Part shown: positions 24,681 through 37,129 of the stretch, one piece after another | Position numbering within the stretch: position 1 is the first letter of the stretch | How the letters are laid out: the number at the start of each line of letters is the position of its first letter | NCBI GenBank assembly: GCA_038087875.1 | Contig: CM075987.1 | Location: 16,866,001 to 16,930,000, forward strand | DNA: 64,000 nucleotides | Reading direction: 5' to 3' | Origin: Malacoraja senta | Lineage: Eukaryota | Made by a program: the position numbers and the translations under genes | Notes under the pieces: generated by a model | Told to the model about the DNA's origin: nothing | The model's input: only the letters and a program-made list of their open reading frames with translations | Databases searched by the model: none

Positions 24681-25520
24681 TAATAATAATAATAATAATA
24701 ATAAAAGCTTTATTTCAGACACAGGCCCATAGAACACATCACACAGTATAAGGAGATACAAAAATACATATAAAATTACATAATAGCCTATAAGATATAC
24801 AAGCTATTGCACCAATGCCGTCTTAGCCTAGAAGTGAATCTATAGCAGCTTTTCAGAGGGCTGACTAGGGCTTCAATTATGTGGTTCTCTGACTTATCCA
24901 GGCGACACATAAAACTAAACATCAGCTGTCTTAAGAGTGCCTCACAGGTTGGCACTCTAGTGGACACAAACAATTGACTGGCACTATGCCATCTAGGGAC
25001 ACGAAGTAGCAACCTCATTGCGTCATTGTATGCTACCTTGAGCCTCTGCATACTCTTTTTCTTATAATTAGACCACAATTGAGCAGTATATAACGGTGTG
25101 ATGTAGGTTCTGAACAGTGAACACTTCACAGAGTCAGAGCACATAGAAAACTTCCTTATAAGCATGTTAGCTTGAAGATAAATTTTACAGCGCTGTCGGT
25201 AGAGGTCTTTGTCATCCATCCAGTCATCGGATATGACATGCCCTAGGTATTTAATTTCCTCACACACAGCAAGAGGACTGTCTGACAAATAAAAGGTCGG
25301 AAAAGTTGATTTCCTGTCCTCAGCGCTTCTAACTATAATTATGTGGCTTTTCTTAGCGTTATACTTTATGTCATAATCAAGGCCATACTGAGAGCACACC
25401 TTCAGCATCTGCTGCAGCCCAACACTATATGGACAGAGCAGGACCAGGTCGTCTGCATACATAAGATGATTAACAATAGTGTTGCCCACAAGACAGCCAG
25501 TTTTTAACCTATTTAACTGA
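24681..25520 (-). mobile_element. RTE-X-like LINE, 5'-truncated, intact RT C-terminal ORF
   Basis: ORF 24788-25489 reads NHLMYADDLVLL, IKYLGHVISDD..DDKD and LFRTY.TPLY..QLW. (TTA)n tail at 24681-24703. Inserted in a CR1 endonuclease fragment. Confidence 0.8.
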
Positions 25521-26284
25521 GAATGAGAATGGACGAGTCAGGAGGAATTAGAGGTTGGAGTGTATGGAGACTGCTTAGAGTTGTAAGAATATTGGAGTCA
25601 TATTAATGGGATATTTTAACTTACCTAATATTGACCGGGTCTCGCATTATGCAAAGGGCTGGGATGGGGTGGAATTTGTTAAGAAATTTGTCAAGGAAAT
25701 TCCCTTGATCAATATATAAATATTGATTGGGGAAATATTGTAGGGAAGCTATTGGAGAGGATTCTCAAGGATAGGATTTAGTCCCATTTGGAAGAGATTG
25801 GATTAATTTGGGACAGTCAGCCTGGTACAAGGCAGTTCAAGTCTTACTAAACTGATCAAGTTTTTTGAGGAGGTGCGAACATGATCATAGAACAGTACAG
25901 CACAGGAACAGGCCCTTCGGCCCACAATATTTGTGCCAAACATGATACCTACTTATGATATCATATAATGATACCATTAACCTTTCCCTTGCTCACCATT
26001 ATAGCTATGCCCTCTAGTGTTGGGCATTTCCACTCTCTGACTGTCTACCCTAACTATGCATCTCCTCCATTAAGTTTCCTATCAACCTCAAGTTCCAAAG
26101 AAAACAATCAAATCTCTCCAACCTTTTCCTCTAGCTGCAACCCTCAAATGCAGGCAGCAGTCTAGTAAGCCTCCTCTACACCTCTCCAAAGCCACCACAT
26201 CCTTCTTGTAATGGGGCAACCAGAACTGCATGCAATACTCCAAATGTAGCTGAACCTCTCTCACAAAGGGAGCTGAGGGAATGC

Positions 26285-27200
26285 TCTGTGTTCTGTTGCA
26301 CAGAGACATGGCTCAGCCCCAGCTCCCCAGCCTCAGCCGTGCAGCCTGAAGGTTTCTCCATCCATTCTATGGACCGAACGCAAACATCTGGGAAAGGGAG
26401 AGGAGATGGCGTCTGCCTCATGGTCAACTCTTCGTGGTGCTCAGATATGGCAGTTCTGTCCAACTCCTGCTCTCCGCACCTGGAACATCTGGCGATGAAG
26501 TGCTGCTCCTTCTACCTCCCGAGAGAATTCACCTCCATCATCCTGACCGCGGTCTACATCCCACCCCAGGCAGACGTCCGTCTGGCACTGGAGGAGCTGC
26601 ACGCCTGCAAGCACCAGCCAGCATACCCCGAGGCGTTTACCACCATAGCCGGGGGCTTCAACAAAGCCAACCTGAAAAAATCACTCCCAAACTACCACCA
26701 ACATGTCTCCTACAAAACCAGAGGACTAAACACCCTTGACCACTGCTACACGACCATCAAGGATGCCTATCGCTCTGTCCCTCGCCCTCAATTCGGGAAA
26801 TCCAACCATTCAATGGTGCTGCTTCTTCCTGCATACAGGTAGCAACTCAAGAGCGCACCACCAGTGAGGATTGCACAGAGCTGTTCTGGGGAGGCAGAGT
26901 AACAACTACAGGTCCGCTTGGAGTCTGCAGACTGGGCAATGTTCAAGGACTCGGCAACAGACCTACAAAAACCTTCCGTGTAGTTCCTAACCAGAAGCCT
27001 TGGATTAACCAGGAGATCCGCATTCTTCTGAAGACCAGATCCTGGGCATTCAGGTCTGGTGACGCAGAGGTCTATAAGAAGTCCTGATACGACCTTGACA
27101 AGGCCATCAAAAAGGTCAAAAGGGACCTCCGCTCAAAGCTGGAGGATGAGACGTATGTTCGGCAACTGTGGCAGGACTTGAATGCCATCACCTCCGACAA
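26285..27200 (+). mobile_element. Rex1/Babar LINE APE-endonuclease fragment
   Basis: ORF 26288-26842 has TETWL, GDGVCLMVNSSWC, FYLPREF, AVYIPPQA and TLDHCY. Confidence 0.88.
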
Positions 27201-30200
27201 GGCCTCTTTTGGGGAAGGTGTGACCTGTACAGAAAGGACGGGTTGCACTTGAACCCAAGGGGGACCAATATCCTGGCGGGGAGATTTGCAAAGGCTACTG
27301 GGGAGACTTTAAACTAGAACGGTTGGGGGAAGGGACTCAAATAGAGAAAGTTGTAGAAAATGTGGGAGGCAGAGAAGGGAAGCACTCGGACCCAAAATGT
27401 AGGGGAGAAAGAAGAAAAAGAAAATAAACAGAGAATAAGTGATGGTGGGTTTCTTAAATGTGTATATTTTAATGCTAGGAGCATTGTAAGAAAGGTGGAT
27501 GAGCTTAGAGCCTGGATTGACACCTGGAAGTATGATGTTGTGGCAATCAGTGAAACGTGGTTGCAGGAGGGCTGTGATTGGAAACTAAATATTCCAGGAT
27601 TTCGTTGCTTCAGGGGTGATAGAATTGGAGGGGCAAGAGGTGGGGGTGTTGCATTGCTTGTCAAGGAAGATATTACAGCAGTGCTTTGGCAGGATAGATT
27701 AGAGGGCTCGTCTAGGGAGGCTATTTGGGTGGAACTGAGAAATGGGAAAGGTGTAGCAACACTTATAGGGGTGTAAATGTGGTTCAAAAGAAACTAATGG
27801 ACTATGGGTTAATAACTGGAAAAAAGCTAATTCTAAAATTTTGGAAGAAGGCTCCAATACCAACTATAAATATGTGGATTTCAAATATGTTTGAAACATT
27901 ACACCTAGAAGAGATAAGACTCCTCCTAGCAGGTAAACCAGATCACTTCCACCTGACGTGGTCTGCATTTATAGAATTATTACAAACATAGGGTGCAAAA
28001 GTACTTTAAAAAAAATTGAGGTCAGGTAAGGGGGGATGATAGTTGAAGAGTTGGTATGTCCCATTTACGTAATGCTCATAAAAATATTTGTTTCTCTCTT
28101 TTTCCTCTTTCTCTCTCTCTTTCTTTCCTAGGGTCTATTTCTTAACTCTTTTTCTTTTGTTTTTAATTTTGCTCTTATAGGGTCTTCGTCCTTTTTTGTT
28201 GTCACATTTCCTACACTTTCACTTTTTCCTTCACTTTCTTCTTTCTTTCAATCTTTTCCTTTTCTAGTGTAAAAAATAAATGGAGTACATTAATTGTAAG
28301 AAGATATAAATGACAAGTACTAATGTATGTGGTTGTAATGTAATGTACTTCTAATAAAATAAAAATTTAAAAAAAAACAAAAAAAAACACACTTATAGGG
28401 GTGTATTATAGACCGCCAAATGGGGAGCGAGAATTGGAAGAGCAAATATGTAAGGAGATAGCAGATATTAGTAGTAAGCACAAGGTAGTGATTGTGGGAG
28501 ATTTCAATTTTCCACACATAGACTGGGAAACACATTCTGTAAAAGGGCTGGATGGTTTGGAATTTGTAAAATGTGTGCAGGATAGTTTTTTGCAGCAATA
28601 CATAGAGGTACCTACTAGAGAAGGGGCAGTGCTGGACCTCCTGTTAGGAAATGAGACAGGGCAGGTGGCGGAGGTATGCGTTGGGGAGCACTTCGGGTCC
28701 AGTGATCACAATACCATTAGTTTCAATATAATTATGGAGAGGGTCAGAACTGGACCTAGGGTTGAGATTTTTGATTGGAGAAAGGCTAACTTTGAGGAGA
28801 TGCGAAAGGATTTAAAAGGAGTGAATTGGGACATGTTGTTTTATGGGAAGGATGTAGAAGAGAAATGGAGGACATTTAAAGGTGAAATTTTAAGAGTACA
28901 GAATCTTTATGTCCCTGTTCGGTTGAAAGGAAATAGTAAAAATTGGAAAGAGCCATGATTTTCACGGGAAATTGGACACTTGATTCGGAAAAAGAGAGAG
29001 ATCTACAATAATTATAGGCAGCATGGAGTAAATGAGGTGCTTGAGGAGTATAAAGAATGTAAAAAGAATATTAAGAAAGAAATTAGAAAAGCTAAAAGAA
29101 GGTATGAGGTTGCTTTGGCAAGTAAGGTGAAAGTAAATCGAAAGGGTTTCAACAGCTATATTAATAGCAAAAGGATAACAAGGAATAAAATTGGTCCATT
29201 AGAGAGTCAGAGTGGACAGCTATCTGCAGAGCCAAAAGAGATGGGGGAGATATTGAACAATTTCTTTTCTTCGGTATTCACCAAGGAGAAGGATATGGAA
29301 TTATGTGAGGTAAGGGAAACAAGCAGAGTAGCAATGGAAACTGAGATTCAAAGAACAGGAGGTGCGAACACTTTTGAAAAATATGAAAATGGATAAGTCT
29401 CCAGGTCCTGACAGGATATTCCCTAGGACATTGAGGGAAGTTAGTGTAGAAATAGCAGGGGCTATGACAGAAATATTTCAAATGTCATTAGAAACGGGAA
29501 TAGTGCCGGAGGATTGGCGTACTGCGCATGTTGTTCCGTTGTTTAAAAAGGGTTCTAAGAGTAAACCTAGCAATTATAGACCTGTTAGTTTGACGTCAGT
29601 GGTGGGCAAATTAATGGAAAGGATACTTAAAGATAATATATATAAGCATCTGGATAAGCAGGGTCTGATTAGGGACAGTCAACATGGATTTGTGCCTGGA
29701 AGGTCATGTTTGACTAATCTTGAACTTTTCGAAGAGGTTACTAGGGAAGTTGATGAGGGTAAAGCAGTGGATGTTGTCTATATGGACTTCAGTAAGGCCT
29801 TTGACAAGGTTCCTCATGGAAGGTTGGTTAAGAAGATTCAATTGTTGGGTATTAATGGTGGAGTAGCAAGATGGATTCAACAGTGGCTGAATGGGAGATG
29901 CCAGAGAGTAATGGTGGATGGCTGTTTGTCAGGTTGGACGCCGGTGACTAGTGGGGTGCCTCAGGGGTCTGTGTTGGGTCCACTGTTGTTTGTCATGTAC
30001 ATCAATGATCTGGATGATGGTGTGGAAAATTGGATTAGTAAGTATGCAGATGATACTAAGATAGGTGGTGTTGTGGATAATGAAGTAGATTTTCAAAGTC
30101 TACAGAGAGATTTAGGCCATTTGGAAGAGTGGGCTGAAAGATGGCAGATGGAGTTTAATGCTGATAAATGTGAGGTGCTACATCTCGGCAGGACAAATCA

Positions 30201-30880
30201 AAATAGGACGTACATGGTAAATGGTAGCGAATTGAGGAATGCAGTTGAACAGAGGGATCTAGGAATAACTGTGCATAGTTCCCTGAGGGTGGAATCTCAT
30301 GTAGATGGTAAAGAAAGCTTTTGGTGTGCTGGCCTTTATAAATCAGAGCATTGAATATAGAAGTTGGGATGTAATGTTAAAATTGTACAAGGCATTGGTG
30401 AGGCCAATTCTGGAGTATGGAGTACAATTTTGGTCGCCTAATTATAGGAAGGATGTCAACAAAATAGAGAGAGTACAGAGGAGATTTACTAGAATGTTGC
30501 CTGGGTTTCAGCAACTAAGTTACAGAGAAAGGTTGAACAAGTTAGGTCTTTATTCTTTGGAGCGCAGAAGGTTAAGAGGGGACTTGATAGAGGTCTTTAA
30601 AATTATGAGCGGGTTAGACAGAGTTGACGTGGATAAGCTTTTCCCATTGAGAGTAGGAAAGATTCAAACAAGGGGACATGACTTGAGAATTAAGGGACAG
30701 AAGTTTAGGGGTAACATTAGGGGGAACTTCTTTACTCAGAGAGTGGTAGCTGAGTGGAATGAGCGTCCAGTGGAAGTGGTGGAGGCAGGTTCGATTTTAT
30801 CCTTTAAAAATAGATTGGATGGGTATATGGACGGGAAAGGAATGCAGGGTTATGGTCTGAGTGCAGGTAGATGGGACTAG
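27200..30880 (+). mobile_element. Near full-length CR1 LINE (ORF1 esterase C-terminus plus ORF2 APE-RT), few disablements
   Basis: 27200-27317 reads FWGRCDLYRKDGLHLNPRGT (SGNH-esterase DxxH). ORF2 pieces are 27360-27775, 28401-28958, 28980-29396, 29362-30354 ([25 protein letters not shown]) and 30305-30880. Confidence 0.95.
27776..28388 (+). mobile_element. L1-clade LINE 3' fragment with poly(A) and 17-bp TSD, inserted in CR1 ORF2
   Basis: TSD acacttataggggtgta at 27759-27775 and 28389-28405. ORF end KKLILKFWK..IPTINMW..LEEIR..FHLTWSAFI resembles the fish L1 ORF2 C-terminus. T-rich 3' UTR, AATAAA and A-tail. Confidence 0.88.
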
Positions 30881-30899
30881 GGGGAAGTAATAAATCTCG

Positions 30900-32245
30900 T
30901 TATGCTTCCCCTTTACCTAATCTGACGCCATTCAGATAATAATCTGCCTTCCTGTTCTTGCCACCAAAGTGGATAACCTAACATTTATCCACATTATACT
31001 GCATCTGGCATGCATCTGCCCACACCCAACCTATCCAAGTTACCCTGCATCTTCATAGCATCCTCTTCACAATTCACACTGCCACCCCGCTTTGTGTCAT
31101 CTGCAAATTTGCTAATGTTACTTTTAATCCCTTCATCTAAAATAAAATCATTAATGTATATTGTGGCACCCCACTAGTCACTGCCTGCCCTTCTGAAAGG
31201 GACCCGTTAATCCCTACTCTTTGTTTCCTGTCTGCCAACCAATTTTCTATCCATGTCAATACCCTACTCCCAATACCATGCGCTCTAATTTTGCCCACTA
31301 ATCTCCTATGGTAGATTTGCCTTATCAAGGGCATTTTGAAAGTCCAGATACACCATACCCACTGGCTCTCCCTTATCCATTCTACTTGTTGCAACCTCAA
31401 AAAATTCCAGAAGATTAGTCAAGCATAATTTTCCCTTTGTAAATCCATGCTGACTTGGAGCGATCCTGTTACTGCTATCCAAATGTGCTGCTATGACATC
31501 TTTAATAATCGACTCAAGCATCTTCCCCACTACCAATGTAAGGCTAACCCATTTTCTCTCTCCCTCCTTTCTTAAAAAGTGGAGTTGCTTTAGCTACCCT
31601 CCAGTCCACAGGAACTGATCCAGAGTCTATAGAACATTGGAAAATGATCACCAATGCATCCATGATTTCTAGGGCCACCTCCTTGAGTACTCTGGGATGT
31701 GGACCATCACGCCTTGGGGATTTATCTGCCTTCAGTCCCAACAGTTTACCTAACACCATTTCCTGACTAATGTGGATTCCCTTCAGTTCCTTCCTCCCAC
31801 TAGATCCTCGGTCCCCTAGTATTTCTGGGAGTCCGTTTGTGTCTTCTTTAGTGAAGACAGAACCAAAGCACTTGTTTAACTGTTCTGCCATTTCCTTGTT
31901 TCCCATTATAAATTCACCTTTTTCTGACTGTAAGGGACCTACATTTGCCTTCACTAATTTTTTCCTCTTCACATATCTCAAGAAGCTTTTACATTTTTGA
32001 TATTCCCCGCAAGTTTTCTTTCATGCTCAATTGACAATAGATGCAGGAGTATGCCATTCGGCCCTTCGAGACAGCACCGCCTGTAACTGTCACTCTCCAT
32101 CTTAATGCAGAATTCCACCATATTATGGTCACCGTTGCCCAAGGGGCTTTGTACAATAAGATTGCTAACTAACCCGTTAACAACTAACTGCACGTACAAT
32201 TCATCCACCTTATTACAAATGCTCCTCGCATTAAGGCACAAAGCT
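30900..32245 (-). mobile_element. CR1 ORF2 fragment with internal deletions
   Basis: ORFs 31137-31400, 31306-31536 (SQHGF), 31544-31981 and 31978-32241. Confidence 0.88.
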
Positions 32246-32425
32246 TTTCTCCCATTTGCCTTTTGCTTCTGCTCTCGTTTTACAGCCCTCTGTCTCCTTG
32301 CATTGGTTCAATAGACAATAGGTGCAGGAGTAGGCCATTCGGCTCTTCGAGCCAGCACTGCCATTCAATGTGATCATGGCTGATCATCCCCAATCAGTAC
32401 CCCATTCCTGCCTTCTCCCCATATC

Positions 32426-34800
32426 TCATAAGCTCATACGGTTCACCATCCCTTCTCCGATACCTCGCCCCCGCTTCCTCCGAGTAATCACCTTCCGTAA
32501 TCTAAAATCCATCGACCCTCACCATCTCTCTGACCTGTTCTCCACCACTCTCCCCCTGGACTCAACCCACATCTCACCTGATGATCTCACAAACCATCTC
32601 AATTCCACCTTGTCTACCTCCCTTAACACTCTGGCTCCCCTCAAAACAAGAACCGCAACTTTTAATAAATCTTCACCCTGGTACACACCTGCACTTCGTA
32701 AGCTGAAACAGATTGGTCGCCGACTTGAACGACTCATAAAGAAATCACCTCTCACAGTCCACCATGAAGCTTACAAACTCCACCTCACTGCCTATAAAGA
32801 TGCCCTCACTGCCACTAAATCTGCATACCTCTCCTCCATATTCACTGACCCCTGCCTAAACCACAGAACCCTCTTCTCCACAGTCTGCAACCTCCTCAAG
32901 CCTCGAGCCAACACTCTCCCTACCTCCACTCCGGATCTCTGCAACTCATTCCTCCACTTTTTTGCTGATAAAATCAGCACCATCTATCAATCCCTATCCC
33001 CTGTACCCGACTCCCCAGCATCTACTCCACCACCTACCAAGGCCCCTCCTTTCAACATCTCCGCTGATCTCCATACCCCTCCCCCTCACTGCTTCCTCTC
33101 CCAGTTTGACCCGGTCACCCCTACTGAAATCTCCAAACTCATCAGCTCTTCCAAACCCACTACCTGCTCCCTTGACCCTCTCCCCATTCCCCTGCTGAAG
33201 TCCTGCCTCCCTGCTCTCTGCCCCTACCTCACTAATCTTTTCAACTCCTCATTGTCCCAAGGAATTGTCCCCTCTGCTTTCAAAACTGCTGCTGTCACAC
33301 CAATCTTAAAGAAACCTGGTCTTGATCCCTCCTCTCTCATTAACTACCGCCCTATCTCAAACCTCCCCTTTCTTTCAAAAACCCTGGAGCGTATCGTCGC
33401 ATCACAACTTCATTCCCACCTCCTCGCATATAACCTATTCGAACCCCTCCAATCTGGCTTTCGCCCCCTCCATAGCACAGAAACTGCTCTCCTCAAAGTC
33501 CTCAATGACCTCCTTACCTCTGCTGACACTGGCTCCCTCAATATCCTCATCCTCCTCGACCTGAGTGCAGCCTTCGATACCGTCAACCACAACATTCTGC
33601 TCACCAGACTTAGGGACCTTGGCATTGAAGGTTCTGCACTCAGCTGGCTCCGTTCCTACCTTTCCAACCGATCCCACTTCATCTCTCTCCATAACCACAC
33701 CTCTGCCACAGCCACTGTCACTCAAGTTGTTCCCCAAGGCTCCGTTCTTGGTCCCCTCCTCTTCATCATCTAAATCCTCCCCCTTGGTCATATACTCCGT
33801 CACTTCAACCTGGACTTCCACTGCTATGCTGATGACACCCAGATCCATCTCAGCACCAAGTCCCCCCACCACCCCCCTCTCTCCCATATCAACTCCTGCC
33901 TATCAGCCATCAAATCTTGGATGCAACTCAACTTCCTTAAATTAAACAGTAGCAAAACAGAATTTCTCCTCATTGGCTCCAAATCAACACTAACTAAAAT
34001 TAACAACCCCACTCTCACTATTGACGGCACCACTGTCTCCCCATCTCCTCAGGCCCGCAACCTTGGCGTGATCTTTGATTCAACCCTCTCCCTTGAGCCT
34101 CACATCCGCCATGTTGTCAAAACATCATTTTTTCACCTCCGCAACATTGCCAAAATCAGATCCTCTCTCACACCCCCCGCTGCTGAAAGACTCATCCATG
34201 CCTTCATCTCCTCCCGACTGGACTACTGTAACTCTCTTCTTTTCGGAATCAATTCCAGCAGCATCAACCGACTCCAACTGGTTCAAAATGCAGCCGCTCG
34301 ACTCATTACCCACACCAAATCCTGGCACCACATCACCCCAGTTCTCAAAGAACTTCACTGGCTTCCCATTTCCCACCGGATCACCTACAAAATCCTGGTC
34401 CTCACCTACAAAGCCCTTAACAACCTGGCCCCCCCTTATCTCATTGACCTCCTCTCCCCCTACCAACCCTCACGGTCCCTCAGATCCACATCAGCCGGTC
34501 TCCTCTCCACTCCAAAAGCAAACCTCTGCACTTTTGGAGGCAGAGCCTTCTCCAGCGCAACTCCCAGGCTCTGGAATTCCCTCCCACAACCGGTCCGAAA
34601 TTCTGAGTCCCTCACCATCTTCCAGTCTCGCCTCAAGACCCATCTCTTCACCTCTGCATACCCTTAGTCCCATGTTCCCCTCCCCTTTGTCTTACTGCTC
34701 TATTTTGTTTTGTTTATTCCCGACTCTCAATTGTAAAGCGACTTTGAGTCCTGAAAAGCGCTATATAAATAAAATCTATTATTATTATTATTATTATTAT
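32426..34800 (+). mobile_element. Young L2 LINE, 5'-truncated, about 2.4 kb
   Basis: One reading frame of about 745 codons broken only by TAA at 33771-33773. Motifs [34 protein letters not shown] and CYADDTQ. L2 3' end gtaaagcgactttgag..gaaaagcgctatataaat plus (TAT)n. Probable TSD atatc. Confidence 0.95.
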
Positions 34801-35272
34801 ATCCCCTGACTGCTATTTTTAAGAGCCCTATCTAGCTCTTTCTTGAAAGCATCCAGAGAACCTGCCTCCACCGCCCTTTGAGGCAGAGAATTCCACAGAC
34901 TCACAACTCTCTGTGAGAAAAAGTGTTTCCTCGTCCCCGTTCTAAATGGCTTACTCCTTATTCTTAAACTGTGGCCCCTGGTTCTGGACTCCCCCAACAT
35001 CTGGAACGTGTTTCCTGCCTCTAGCGTGTCCAAACCCTTAACAATCTTATATGTTTCAATGAGATCCCCTCTCATCCTTCTAAACTCCAGAGTGTACAAG
35101 CACAGCTGCTCCATTCTCTCAGCATATGACAGTCCCGCCATCCCGGGAATTAACCTTGTAAACCTATGTTGCACTCCCTCAATAGCAAGAATGTCCTTCC
35201 TCAAATTAAGGGACCAAAACTGCACACAATACTCCAGGTGTGGTCTCACTAGGGCCTTGTACAACTGCAGAA
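34801..35272 (-). mobile_element. CR1 3' fragment; its tail lies at 32310-32425, on the other side of the L2
   Basis: ORF 34797-35351 has [15 protein letters not shown]. The sequence ccttctccccatatc|ccctgac rejoins across the L2. Confidence 0.9.
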
Positions 35273-35394
35273 AGAATCCTATCAAACCCCCCTGCCCTAT
35301 TAGATTACACATGACCTTTCCTACACTCTCTTTCCAGTTAACTGCACGCATACGCTTCCACGTTATTGACCCCAGCCCCCCACTATTTAGTCCA

Positions 35395-36250
35395 CCATCA
35401 TGAAGTGCTTTGAGAAACAGGTTATGGAACCCAGTCTACCAAGCTACCTTGAACCCACTGCAGTTCTACCTCCACAACAGGTCCACGGCTGATACCTGAC
35501 CCTGCACTCATCCCTGGTACACCTGGATAAGAGAGACACCTGCGTCAGACTTCTATTCATAGACTACTCTGCTTCAGTTAGCCCATCCAAACTCATCACC
35601 AAACTCATGGATCTCTACAACTGAATCAACAGGCCACAATCAGTGAGGATAGGTGACAAATCATCCTCGACAATAATCCTCAACATGGGTGCTCCGCAAG
35701 GCTGCATTCTCAGCCCCCTTCTTTACTCCTTGCATACCCACGATTGTGCAGCCAAGTTCAAATCCAACTCAATGTACAAATTTGCAGACGACATCACCGT
35801 AGTGGGCCGAATATCAAACAATGACGAGATGGAGTACAGGAAAGAGATTGAGAACCTCCTTCCTGTACTCCATCTCGTCATTAGAACCATAGAATCATAG
35901 TGTCACGGCAACAACCTCTCCCTCAATGTCAACAAGATTGTAATTGACTCAGGAAGCGAAGTGGCACACATACCTGGTATACATTGATGGCGCCGAAGGA
36001 GAGATGGTTGAATGCTTCAATGTCTTAGAAATAAATAACAGCAATGTTTTCTGGATCTGGAGTCCCTCGGACTATCTTTAATCGGATTTTACTGGAATTT
36101 ATCTTGCACTGAACACTATTCCCTTTATCCTGTATCTATGTACTGGCACCGGCTTGATTGCAATCATGTATAGACTTTCCACTGACTAGTTAGCAACAAA
36201 AAACCTTTTCCCAGTACCTCGGTACACGTGACAATAAACTAAACTTAACT
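35395..36250 (+). mobile_element. Rex1/Babar RT and 3' fragment
   Basis: GAPQGCILSPLLYSL.THDC and KFADD. Tail gtgacaataaactaaact. Confidence 0.85.
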
Positions 36251-36789
36251 ATACAAAGCTGTGCAGGCTATCCCTAATTACCTCATTCCCTCCAAATGGA
36301 AGGAAATTCTATCTCAAAGAATTCTCACCAATAGTTTCCCTGCCACTGACGTGAGGCTCACCGGCCTGTAGTTCCCTGGGTTCTCTCTATTTGCTTTCTT
36401 AAACAAAGGAACAACATTGGCCACTCTTCAGTCCTCCAGGACCTCACCTGTGGCTAGAGAAAAAATACAGATCCTCGTCAAGGCTCCCACAATCTCCTCT
36501 TTTGCCTCCCTCAATAACCTGTCATAGATCCCATTAGTTCCTGGGGACTTCTCCACCTTAATGTTCTTCAAGAACCTCAGCATCATCTCCTCAATCCCAA
36601 GCTGCCCTTCCATATGTGTATGCCTCAAAGATAGACACAAAATGCTATCTCTGTGGGACAGGCAGCATCAGTCTGAAGCTCAGCCCAAAACCACCCATTC
36701 CTTCTCTCCAGAGATGCTGCCTGTCCCACTGAGTTACTCCAGTATTTTCTTCCTTTTCTTCCTTCCTGCACAGGTAGGAATTGCACTTC

Positions 36790-36940
36790 CTGCAAAAATT
36801 TCTAAACACCTGTTTTCGCATTTTTATTATGGGGTATGGTGTATAGATTGATGATAAAAAAAAATGTCCATTTTAGAATAAGGCTGTAACGTAACAAAAT
36901 GTGGAAAAGGTGATGGTCTGAATACTTTCTGAATGCACTG
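36790..36940 (+). mobile_element. Solo Tc1 right terminal inverted repeat
   Basis: Matches 55400-55552 and ends gaatactttctgaatgcactg followed by TA. Confidence 0.85.
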
Positions 36941-37129
36941 TATAGATCAGCAACAGAAATGGGTGGAGATTTGGCAGATGGAATTTATACTGTGAAAATG
37001 TGAGGTGTTGCATTTTGGGATGTCAAATGTAAGGGGAAAATATACAATTAATAGCATGACATAACAGTATTGATGTACAGAAGGATATTGGGGTTCAATC
37101 CAATCACTACCCTGGAGGACTCCAAGCTA

